From the IMG/VR virus record IMGVR_UViG_3300044904_000300, positions 1 to 64,000 of that record: a stretch of DNA of 64,000 nt; one strand, 5' to 3'. Positions 32,229 through 40,528 of the stretch are shown here, piece after piece. The notes under the pieces are model-generated. The model was given only the letters and a program-made list of their open reading frames with translations. It did not search any database and was not told where the DNA came from. The DNA is from a virus. A program made the translations under genes and the position numbers. How positions within the stretch are numbered: position 1 is the stretch's first letter; each line of letters starts with the position of its first letter.

Positions 32229-32930
32229 ATGTCGTTTATTCATGATTCGTCTTTGACTTTCCCTAAGCTGAAGCAGCACAACTCGTCTGTTGGACGGGTA
32301 TACCTCGTGAATGAGGGCAAGCATCTGGGTGATGTTTACCCGTCCATCACGCGCATCCTTGCAGCGAAAGAGAAGCCTGGATTGACTGCATGGCGAAAGC
32401 GCGTAGGCGCCAAAGAAGCCGCAAGAGTCTCAGCGGTCGCGACGACACGCGGAGCGAATGTCCATAAGCTGTCGGAGTGCTACTTGGGAAATGAAGAGCT
32501 TCCCGAGTATGGTCCTGCCAGCGAGGAAATGTGGAAGCATCTTCAGCCGTGGCTTGAGAAGAACATCACCAAGGTTTACGCGCAAGAGCAAGACGTGGTT
32601 TCCTATACGCTTGAAGTCGCGGGACGCATGGACCTCTTAGCGCAATACCGTGGTGTGGATGCGGTCGTGGATGTCAAGACTGCAGCCCGAGAGAAACTGG
32701 AAGAGTGGGTCGAGGACTACTTCTTGCAGACCACATTTTACAGCCTTGCGGTCTATGAGTTGACCGGCAAACGGTTCACTAAGTTGGTATTGCCAATCGT
32801 GAACCCCTCTGGGCTGCAAGTGTTTGAATCCTCGCCCGGCGAACATATGGAAGCGTTGTTCTCACGGATCAACGAATACTATAAGACCTATGAACCGGCA
32901 GCGAATACTCCCGGCTCCACTATTCTCTAA
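32229..32930 (+). CDS. PD-(D/E)XK (Cas4/RecB-like) exonuclease
   Basis: YPSIT.IL....L..WR.RVG..EA..RG..VH...E.Y; AGRMD...VVDVKT; Y.LQ...Y. Confidence 0.85.
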   Translation: MSFIHDSSLTFPKLKQHNSSVGRVYLVNEGKHLGDVYPSITRILAAKEKPGLTAWRKRVGAKEAARVSAVATTRGANVHKLSECYLGNEELPEYGPASEEMWKHLQPWLEKNITKVYAQEQDVVSYTLEVAGRMDLLAQYRGVDAVVDVKTAAREKLEEWVEDYFLQTTFYSLAVYELTGKRFTKLVLPIVNPSGLQVFESSPGEHMEALFSRINEYYKTYEPAANTPGSTIL

Positions 32931-32964
32931 CGGCTCCACGTTATAAATAGATGTGGAGGCGAGA

Positions 32965-33504
32965 ATGGAAATAGCAGCTTGTAAATGTGGGGTGTGTGGA
33001 GCGGAATTTGAACGACCGGCAAAAGAAGTCCGCCGGTGTGCTCGACGGGGTCTAAACACTTATTGCGGCACGAAATGCGCTTTGGTGGCCACGAAGCAAA
33101 ACCTTAAACGCGGAGGAAATCCGGATGCGTTGGTGCTTGCTCGGGCAGCCAGATGGGGTGTGCCCAACGAGTTCCGTGAGCATCTACGAAGAGCACGCTC
33201 GCACTCTAAGGTGCGCGGCCGCGAGTGTAACATCACCGAGGAACATCTACAAGAGGTTTGGTTGCAGCAACAAGGGAAATGTGCGTATACCGGCATAGCA
33301 CTTCTTAACCCAACGTCGCTAACAAAGGCCGAGGACCCCGGGTGCCGCGCCAGTCTTGACCGTATCGACTCGTCACTAGGGTATGTTATTGGTAATGTTC
33401 AGTTTATTTCTGTGATGATGAACTATGCCAAATCGTCCTTTACCGATGCCGAAGTAAAGAAATTTGTTGACGCCGTTCGTAAAGGGTGTTATAATTACTC
33501 TTGA
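32965..33504 (+). CDS. HNH-type endonuclease; contains the tmRNA promoter in its 3' end
   Basis: Q.GKCAYTG...SLDRIDSS.GY..GNVQF....N.AK; late promoter ATAAATA at 32943. Confidence 0.82.
   Translation: MEIAACKCGVCGAEFERPAKEVRRCARRGLNTYCGTKCALVATKQNLKRGGNPDALVLARAARWGVPNEFREHLRRARSHSKVRGRECNITEEHLQEVWLQQQGKCAYTGIALLNPTSLTKAEDPGCRASLDRIDSSLGYVIGNVQFISVMMNYAKSSFTDAEVKKFVDAVRKGCYNYS
33467..33495 (+). promoter_or_regulatory. Sigma70-like promoter of the tmRNA gene
   Basis: TTGACG-17 nt-TATAAT. Confidence 0.75.
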
Positions 33505-33845
33505 TAATTGATGACGTATTTGATGCGTCTCGCGGACCTCGGGGCAGTACCGAGCCGGTCCACCATAAAATAGCGCCGAACCTCAAAGGAGGTCACTGGG
33601 TAGCCAGACGGCGCGACAGAACGGGCCGGAAATAGATTCGACGGGAGATGACAGAGGATATCGAGGTTATCCGTCGAGCACCGACGTAAATCAGAGCAAA
33701 CACACAATTGACAACGAAATGTTGCCGATGGCTGCCTAAGAGCAGTCCGGGGTGTTGGCGTCGTACCCTGTCAAACAAAGCACGCTGCGCTAGATGGAAA
33801 CTCCTAGCTAGGGAAGCCGGCTCTCCTGAAGTTACAAACCGGCAT
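33502..33845 (+). ncRNA. ssrA: Circularly permuted (two-piece) tmRNA
   Basis: Acceptor piece ends GGAC-CTCGG-GGCAGTA-CCGAG-CCGGTCC-ACCA (33565); IVS 33566-33622; coding piece starts GGGCCGG-AAATAG-ATTCGAC (33623); G3:U70; tag GAC..GCT GCC TAA at 33710-33739. The outer ends are approximate. Confidence 0.9.
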
Positions 33846-33852
33846 TTACATT

Positions 33853-34083
33853 ATGTCCTTTACAGCACACTCATCCGAAGCATTTGCCAAGCACATCGAG
33901 CATTCAGTTGTCGTCCGAAAGATGACTTACATGGATGCGGTGCTGGACTTTTGCGCGAAACAGCAGCTCGAACCGGACATGATCGTGCCCTTCCTGAGCA
34001 CTAAGATCAAGACAGCGATTCAGTATGACGCGCAGAAGCTCCACCTGATTCGTCCGCGCCGGGAACTTCCATTTGAGGACTAG
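33853..34083 (+). CDS. gp33: Late-promoter transcription coactivator
   Basis: F...IE..V....TYMDAVL.FC....LE......L...IK..I..DA..LHLI. Confidence 0.85.
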   Translation: MSFTAHSSEAFAKHIEHSVVVRKMTYMDAVLDFCAKQQLEPDMIVPFLSTKIKTAIQYDAQKLHLIRPRRELPFED

Positions 34084-34111
34084 CCCTATTGGGACGCACG
34101 GAACCCTAAAT

Positions 34112-34672
34112 ATGGGTATGAGAACTTCCACAGGTCAGTTTCTTACTGGCACAGAAAACCATTGGCGACCAGCGCAGCCGTTCCGCGATAAAGCGTGGCT
34201 GGTGCTCAACTATACAGAGCAAAAACGCACTTGTACCGACATTGCGCGTGAATTTGGGGTGCGTCCTAACGCCATTTTGTATTGGATGAAGAAACATGGT
34301 ATTGCGGCACGTCCACAAACAAGTAACTTTGGTCCAGGACGATGTGGTGCCGACAACCCGATGTGGAACCGAAAGGGAGAACTCAACCCCAATTGGAAGG
34401 GCGGAGTTTCGGCAGAACGACAAGCATTTTATGGCAGCCAAGAATGGAAAATGGCTTGCAGTGAAGTGTGGAAACGGGACCATGCGATGTGCCAACGGTG
34501 CAAACTGGATTATGATGCGGGAATGCCGCTGCACATACACCACATTGTTTCGTTTGCGGACAAAGCACTTCGCGCAGAGCCAAGTAACTTGGTGTTGCTT
34601 TGTGAAGGATGCCACCATTTCGTTCATTCGCGTGAAAATGTATCCGGTGAGTTTCTAAAAAATGGGTTATAA
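34112..34672 (+). CDS. HNH endonuclease
   Basis: NPNWKGG; V..RD...CQRC...LHIHHIVSF...NLVLLCEGCH..VH; CTAAATA at 34106. Confidence 0.87.
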   Translation: MGMRTSTGQFLTGTENHWRPAQPFRDKAWLVLNYTEQKRTCTDIAREFGVRPNAILYWMKKHGIAARPQTSNFGPGRCGADNPMWNRKGELNPNWKGGVSAERQAFYGSQEWKMACSEVWKRDHAMCQRCKLDYDAGMPLHIHHIVSFADKALRAEPSNLVLLCEGCHHFVHSRENVSGEFLKNGL

Positions 34673-35489
34673 ACTATTGCATGGTGATGCACTTGAAACA
34701 CTGAAAACGCTGCCGTCTGAAAGTGTGCAGTGTGTCGTCACCAGTCCGCCGTATTGGGATGCTCGTGACTATCAAGTTGAAGGACAATACGGTTTGGAGA
34801 CTCACCCGCGTATATACCTTGCGAAAATGGTTGAAGTGTTCGCCCAGGTACGTCGGGTATTAAAGTCGGATGGTATTTGCTGGCTCAATATCGGCGATAC
34901 CTATTCAACAGGAAAACGCGGACGAGCGGATAGCGGCCCCGATGGGCATTTTGGTGGGCCGCGTCTAGACCCCGTCTCGCGCAAGGCACCAACGGGGTGG
35001 AAGCCCAGAGAACTCATGCTCATTCCCGCCCGTGTCGCGATGGCTCTTCAGGACGACGGGTGGTATCTTCGCTCCGACATCATCTGGCATAAGACAAACG
35101 GTATGCCGGAAGGGGCGCAATACTCTCGGCCTATTCGTTCGCATGAGCACATTTTCCTCTTGACAAAAAGCCAGAAGTATCGTTATACTCCTATTCAGGA
35201 ACCGTGTGAAACGCGGGGCGAGACGCGACCGATTCGGGATGTCTGGTCGATGCCGACCGGGTCATTCAAAGGAATGCACTTCGCAACATTCCCGAATGCG
35301 TTGCCCACACGATGTATTCAAGCTTCGACAGAGCCCGGTGATGTCGTTCTGGACCCGTTTATGGGAAGTGGAACCGCGGGGATAGCGGCGCTTTCTCTTG
35401 ATCGTCAGTTTGTTGGAATTGAGTTGAATGTTGAGTATGTCACGATGGCTCGGGCGCGGTTTGAAGAACTGCGAGGATTGGACATCTAA
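34662..35489 (+). CDS. DNA amino-methyltransferase, beta class (N4-C/N6-A)
   Basis: VVTSPPY precedes VLDPFMGSGT; IIWHK, HFATFP. Confidence 0.92.
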   Translation: MGYKLLHGDALETLKTLPSESVQCVVTSPPYWDARDYQVEGQYGLETHPRIYLAKMVEVFAQVRRVLKSDGICWLNIGDTYSTGKRGRADSGPDGHFGGPRLDPVSRKAPTGWKPRELMLIPARVAMALQDDGWYLRSDIIWHKTNGMPEGAQYSRPIRSHEHIFLLTKSQKYRYTPIQEPCETRGETRPIRDVWSMPTGSFKGMHFATFPNALPTRCIQASTEPGDVVLDPFMGSGTAGIAALSLDRQFVGIELNVEYVTMARARFEELRGLDI

Positions 35490-35899
35490 TGATCTACCTT
35501 CTTGCGGGCAACGCAGCACAAGCCGCCAACTACTGCCGAGAACATGGAATCGGACTTCGGGATGCGTCCTATGTGTCCTCACCGGTTCTCCTTCGTGGGC
35601 TTGCAGAACCAGATTACGCAGTGGTCGGAACTTTTTGGGACCATGTTCGGGCGATAGAGATTTGGAAAACGCTGTTGTCGTGTTACGCGGGAAGCAAGAA
35701 ACCGTTGCCCCAGGCGCCTCCTGCGATACAGCAATATCTTCGCTCGACGCACCTCGTACCCGCGAACATAGTCATCGGCCCAAATGCGGGGTTTGTGACG
35801 ATGCCGGGTGACCCCGAGTTAGAACCGATTGAGGACGACCCCGAACCCGAGCCGCCAAAGAAAAAGAAGTTTTCAGGGTTTAAGAGTATTCGCAAATGA
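35489..35899 (+). CDS. Hypothetical protein
   Basis: TAATG overlap; Pro-rich C-terminus ending GFKSIRK. Confidence 0.6.
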   Translation: MIYLLAGNAAQAANYCREHGIGLRDASYVSSPVLLRGLAEPDYAVVGTFWDHVRAIEIWKTLLSCYAGSKKPLPQAPPAIQQYLRSTHLVPANIVIGPNAGFVTMPGDPELEPIEDDPEPEPPKKKKFSGFKSIRK

Positions 35900-36594
35900 C
35901 AGCAGAACAGATTTTCAAATTCGCCCGCGTGTATAAACTCTACTATGCGGGCAAGTATGACTTCAAGAAATACAAGGGGAACATGAAGATGCCGCCCCTC
36001 ATCAAGCAACCCGACCGCGTGTATTACCATAAGCTCGCCAACAAGCTCACGGACGCGCAGGTTCATGCGTTGTTTTTGGTCGGGTATTTCTTCAACCCCA
36101 ACGCACACATCTCGAACCTCGTGACACCGAAAGGCCTGTCCGCGGCGGTGGAGTTTGCCACACGGGGTGAGAAGGGCCGCGAAGGACTGGAACTGGGGCT
36201 CTACGAGCTATCCAAGACTTTGGCGGACAAGAATATCGATGAATGGCTCTACGGCGAATGGATCGATGGACAGCGAGCATCTATGCCCGAGTGCATCCAG
36301 ATGACGATCAACGGAGAGCTTCCGCTGGACTTGGCGGCGCTGTTGCTTTTGATCCCGCAGCCGGAACTACACTACAACTGGACGGAACACTTCAAACAGA
36401 CTGAAGAAATCGGGCTGGGTATTGGTCCGTGGATACAGCGTCTCAAGAAGATGGACCAACTACTAGTGCCGCAGCGACCGGGATGGCGGATGATGGCATT
36501 CTATCTCGCTAAGACCTTTTGGGTCGCGATGGCGGGGCATAATACAGGGACACTTGCCCCAATTTCGGGGAAAACTGGGGTAGAGCTGTTCTAA
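35896..36594 (+). CDS. gp59: Helicase loader (gp59-like)
   Basis: Y..YKL....KYDF.KY.G..........D...Y.KLA.K; position between gp33 and gp32. Confidence 0.75.
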   Translation: MTAEQIFKFARVYKLYYAGKYDFKKYKGNMKMPPLIKQPDRVYYHKLANKLTDAQVHALFLVGYFFNPNAHISNLVTPKGLSAAVEFATRGEKGREGLELGLYELSKTLADKNIDEWLYGEWIDGQRASMPECIQMTINGELPLDLAALLLLIPQPELHYNWTEHFKQTEEIGLGIGPWIQRLKKMDQLLVPQRPGWRMMAFYLAKTFWVAMAGHNTGTLAPISGKTGVELF

Positions 36595-36660
36595 GTTGTT
36601 GGGAACAAAAGTTGCCAGTTTTCGCTTGACTTCCGCCGGCAATTAGAGTATAATTGTCTT

Positions 36661-38904
36661 ATGAATTGGATGATTACGTATGCGTGGGAAGACACCGATG
36701 CCGTTAAGGCAACGGGAGAATCCGAAGTCAAGTTCGGCGACCATTTCGTGGAGAACGCCGACACGTTCGCAGAAGCGGAAAAGCGCACACTCGCATACAT
36801 GCGAAGCTCACTGGCCCGTCAGAAGAACAAATGGGACGATGGTCGTATTCGTCATGATGCAATTTGGGACGTGAGCGATTATGCCAAGACCGTCGGCAAG
36901 TTTTATAAGCATTCAAAGATCGATGACACGATTCGAAAGTGCATTCCGAATCATGTAGCGGGAACCGACGTGCACCAGATCGCGTATGATGACCTCGTTG
37001 TCTACGTGAATAATTTCCTGCACAAGCAGAACCAACCTCTCGCTGCGTTTGGCCCCTCGACACTTCAGTATCGTGCAGGGCTGGACATCGTTGACCAGAT
37101 TCTCAACCGCGGAAAGCGCACAATTGTTGCAGACCTCTGCCCTCGTTTCGGAAAGACGACGTGGGCTGCGATGGTCGCATCAGTCCTGAAGTCGCAGCTT
37201 ACTGTCGTCGCCAGCTATGTTCTGACCAGTTTCACATCTTTCGACAAGGACCTTTCTTCGTTTGAAGAGTTTGCGGATGTTGTGCGCGTGGATACGATGA
37301 CGGACCCCTTGTATCAATCGCGTATCGAAGATGCGCTCTTCACGGGGAAGAAGGTGTTCGCCTATCTGTCCATGTGCAACGGCGGGCAGCGGCAATCGCG
37401 CATTGATTTCCTCTTTGGGCTGTCTGCTAACCGTTTGGTCTTTGTGGATGAAGCGGATTTCGGAGTGCATAAGCCCGCGCAAGTGCAACCGTTGATTGAT
37501 GCTCGGCAGGACAACGATATCGTTGTCCTCATGACGGGAACGAACAGCGAACGTGCTGTGGCTGACTGGAAAGTTGACTACATCATGACCGCGACGTATC
37601 CCGAAATGCTGGTGGAACGTAAGTTGAGTCTAAAGCCGCGCAAGAATGAAACGCGCAAGCTGAACGGGTTCAAGATCAATCGAAAGCGGGACCTCGTTGC
37701 TGTGCCGGTCGAGTTCTATCAGTTTGACCTCGCGGGGATCGTTGCCTACACGAAGAAGACGCTGGGCGCAGCGTTTGATTCTGACCTTCTGTCGTCGTGG
37801 TCGAAGTTTGCGATGTCTCCCGCGCAAGGTAAGGGTTTCTGGATGAACGTGTTGGGCAATGTCTTCCTTGGGTTGCACGGATGCCCCGAAACCAGTGCGG
37901 ATATCCAGTTTCGCCCTCGGGGATTGCGGAACGCGATGATGTTCATGAGTGGGTGCATGACTAAGGAAAATTTAACGCTTACTGTTGATTTTGCTCGTCA
38001 GGCACTCGGCCCGGGTTGGGTAGTCGTGGAAATGAGTGGCGAGACGATGACTGGACGTAAAGCGGAACGTCTTGTCAACCAGGCGATTGACGAAGCGGAA
38101 AAGAAGAATCAGAACGTGTTGGTTTTATCTATTGCGATGGGACAGCGTTCCTTTAGCGTGTCGCGGCTCACGGAAGTCTACCTTGCGTATGATGGTGGAG
38201 AGGCGGGGGCAACCGCGCAGAAGATGTCTCGCGTCTTAACTGCGGATGGTGGGCAGAACAAAATTGGTCGCGTGATTAGCTTGTCATTTGACCCGAACCG
38301 CGATGACAAGATGGACTCTGTGGTGCTGGAAACCGCGCAGAACCTCAAGAAGGCATACGGTGGAAACATCCGCGATGCGCTGACGGTGACACTCGAACAC
38401 ATCGACATGTTCGCCGGCGGCCGAACGGGGCGAGTGCGAATCATGCTTGACACATATTTGGAACAGTTGATTGCATTCAATCGTCTGGGCCGCGTGGCAG
38501 GACGTGCGGCAGACTTGACGGGTGTGACCGAGGAATTCATTCGGGCACTTGCGGCATGTGGCGGACAGTATGCCCGCGTGAAGCAGACGGAAGCGACTCT
38601 CAAGGGACGCACGGGGGTCAAGAAGAACCGAACGACCACCGCAACCCCGAAGGGTGCGTCGTGGGAAAAGCTGATGTCAAAGGCACGGGAAGCCGTGACA
38701 ACCATCGTGGAAAATGCGGACGTGCTGATTGACGGCACACAGTCCCGCGATGTGGATGCCGCAATTGCCACTGTGGATGCCGACCAGGAATATCAGGATA
38801 GTATCAAGAAGGAATTTAGGATGCCGTGGTCATTGGTGCGGGACTGCTTGACGGAAGGTATCATCAATCTGGACTTCATCGAGTTATCGCGGAGGTCTAA
38901 CTAA
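36661..38904 (+). CDS. SF2 helicase / restriction-subunit-like protein
   Basis: Walker A CPRFGKT, Walker B VFVDEAD, motif III MTGT; promoter TTGACT-17-TATAAT just upstream. Confidence 0.7.
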   Translation: MNWMITYAWEDTDAVKATGESEVKFGDHFVENADTFAEAEKRTLAYMRSSLARQKNKWDDGRIRHDAIWDVSDYAKTVGKFYKHSKIDDTIRKCIPNHVAGTDVHQIAYDDLVVYVNNFLHKQNQPLAAFGPSTLQYRAGLDIVDQILNRGKRTIVADLCPRFGKTTWAAMVASVLKSQLTVVASYVLTSFTSFDKDLSSFEEFADVVRVDTMTDPLYQSRIEDALFTGKKVFAYLSMCNGGQRQSRIDFLFGLSANRLVFVDEADFGVHKPAQVQPLIDARQDNDIVVLMTGTNSERAVADWKVDYIMTATYPEMLVERKLSLKPRKNETRKLNGFKINRKRDLVAVPVEFYQFDLAGIVAYTKKTLGAAFDSDLLSSWSKFAMSPAQGKGFWMNVLGNVFLGLHGCPETSADIQFRPRGLRNAMMFMSGCMTKENLTLTVDFARQALGPGWVVVEMSGETMTGRKAERLVNQAIDEAEKKNQNVLVLSIAMGQRSFSVSRLTEVYLAYDGGEAGATAQKMSRVLTADGGQNKIGRVISLSFDPNRDDKMDSVVLETAQNLKKAYGGNIRDALTVTLEHIDMFAGGRTGRVRIMLDTYLEQLIAFNRLGRVAGRAADLTGVTEEFIRALAACGGQYARVKQTEATLKGRTGVKKNRTTTATPKGASWEKLMSKAREAVTTIVENADVLIDGTQSRDVDAAIATVDADQEYQDSIKKEFRMPWSLVRDCLTEGIINLDFIELSRRSN

Positions 38905-38906
38905 TC

Positions 38907-40058
38907 ATGCTCGCACGTTTGAAGTTTCCTATCGCTCCGTTAGTCAACCAGATGCTCGACCGTCTGCCGCAGGACGTGTGGACCTCCGAGGTGACGACGT
39001 TCTTTGACCCGTCCATCGGGGGCGGCCAGTTCGTGCGCGAGGTCGAGCGCCGGTTGCTCGCGGCAGGACATTCACGGGCGAACGTGCGTGGTCGGGTCTC
39101 TGGGCTCGCGGAAGATAAGCTCGCGTTGAACTTTGCGACGACGACGCTGGTTGGAAAGTATCGGATTGGAGGTCTTGAGGACCTGGGGGATATGGGAATG
39201 CAGTTTGACGTTATCGTAGGGAACCCGCCGTATCGGGATGGCACCATGAACAGCAGCAGCAAACTGTGGGTCAAGTTCGTTTCAAAGGCGTTTCAGTTGG
39301 TGAAGCGGAACGGATACGCGGCCATGGTCACTCCCGCTTCCTGGTTCGCACCGAATGATGCGTTTGATGTGATGACCAGTCATGATATCAAATATGTTGA
39401 TTTGACTGCAAGCCGGCATTTCTCTGGTATCGGCAGCACATTTTCGGCATGGGTTGCACAGAACGCAACCCCGGCATTTACTACAACGTTCGCCACGAGC
39501 AAGGGCGACGTTGATGTGAACTGGAAGGGACTCACGTTCTTTCCGTCTGAGGTGACCCCCGTAACTCTACGCCTAACGCGCAAGTTCTTTTTCGAACAGC
39601 ACGACCGCCTGGAAGTTACTCGGCCGCGTGATAACGATGCTCATGATAATGGAATGCACGACACGGAGACGAAGCAATATCCGTACCGCGTATTCTACAC
39701 TAACAGCAAGTCGGTATGGAGTAAAATTCCTGCCCCCAATCACTTCGTTCCGAAGGTCATCATGAGTCGTAGCGGGTATCAAACCCCGTTCTTTTCGGAC
39801 GACTGCGGAACGAGCGAACATGGTCTCGCAATCACTGTGAAGAATAAGGCAGAGGGTAAGCGTCTCGTTCGCATCTTGTCTTCTCCGCTGTATCAGGGAA
39901 TGATGAACCTCTGCAAGTATTCGGGGTTTCAACTTCAAAGTGTGATGTCGCAGCTTCCGGCGCTTGACTTGGGCCGTGACTGGACCGATGAAGACCTCTA
40001 CGCTCACTTTGGTCTGACGAAAGCCGAGATTGCCTACATCGAGGCGAACGCCAAGTGA
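38907..40058 (+). CDS. Eco57I-like N6-adenine DNA methyltransferase
   Basis: FFDPSIGGGQF motif I, FDVIVGNPPY motif IV, TRD-like C-terminus. Confidence 0.87.
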   Translation: MLARLKFPIAPLVNQMLDRLPQDVWTSEVTTFFDPSIGGGQFVREVERRLLAAGHSRANVRGRVSGLAEDKLALNFATTTLVGKYRIGGLEDLGDMGMQFDVIVGNPPYRDGTMNSSSKLWVKFVSKAFQLVKRNGYAAMVTPASWFAPNDAFDVMTSHDIKYVDLTASRHFSGIGSTFSAWVAQNATPAFTTTFATSKGDVDVNWKGLTFFPSEVTPVTLRLTRKFFFEQHDRLEVTRPRDNDAHDNGMHDTETKQYPYRVFYTNSKSVWSKIPAPNHFVPKVIMSRSGYQTPFFSDDCGTSEHGLAITVKNKAEGKRLVRILSSPLYQGMMNLCKYSGFQLQSVMSQLPALDLGRDWTDEDLYAHFGLTKAEIAYIEANAK

Positions 40059-40435
40059 CCATCAAGCGCACTCAGGACCGCATTGACAAGATGGGGGAAG
40101 TCTTTACCCCCGTCGCGCTTGTCAACCAGATGCTTGACCGGCTGCCGGCCGACCTCTGGACAGACCCGACCAAGACGTTCCTCGATAACTCCTGTGGAGA
40201 CGGCAACTTCCTGGTAGAAGTCCTGCGTCATAAGATTGCCGCCGGCAGCACTCCGACGCAAGCCTTAGAGACGACCTATGGCGTGGAATTGATGCCAGAC
40301 AACGTGCGGGAGTGCAAGCGGCGTCTGCTGGAAATCGCGGGCAACACCAAGGCGCATCGTGCCGTCGTAGACCGAAACATCGCCTGTGCCGATGCGCTGA
40401 CCTTCAATTATTGGGCCCCGTCGCTTTTTGATTGA
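40055..40435 (+). CDS. Short MTase-fold protein (SAM-binding half only)
   Basis: GEVFTP..LV..ML, FLDNSCGDGNF, YGVEL; no NPPY. Confidence 0.75.
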   Translation: MTIKRTQDRIDKMGEVFTPVALVNQMLDRLPADLWTDPTKTFLDNSCGDGNFLVEVLRHKIAAGSTPTQALETTYGVELMPDNVRECKRRLLEIAGNTKAHRAVVDRNIACADALTFNYWAPSLFD

Positions 40436-40460
40436 CACTAAATACAAAAAGTGATACACT
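40432..40460 (+). promoter_or_regulatory. Overlapping early and late promoters of gene 32
   Basis: TTGACA-17-TACACT with CTAAATA (40438-44) inside the spacer; A-rich leader follows. Confidence 0.7.
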
Positions 40461-40528
40461 TACTATGTTCACGGTGAGTTGTGATGTGACACGACAATAT
40501 ACCAATACAAAAATACGGAGAATAAGAC

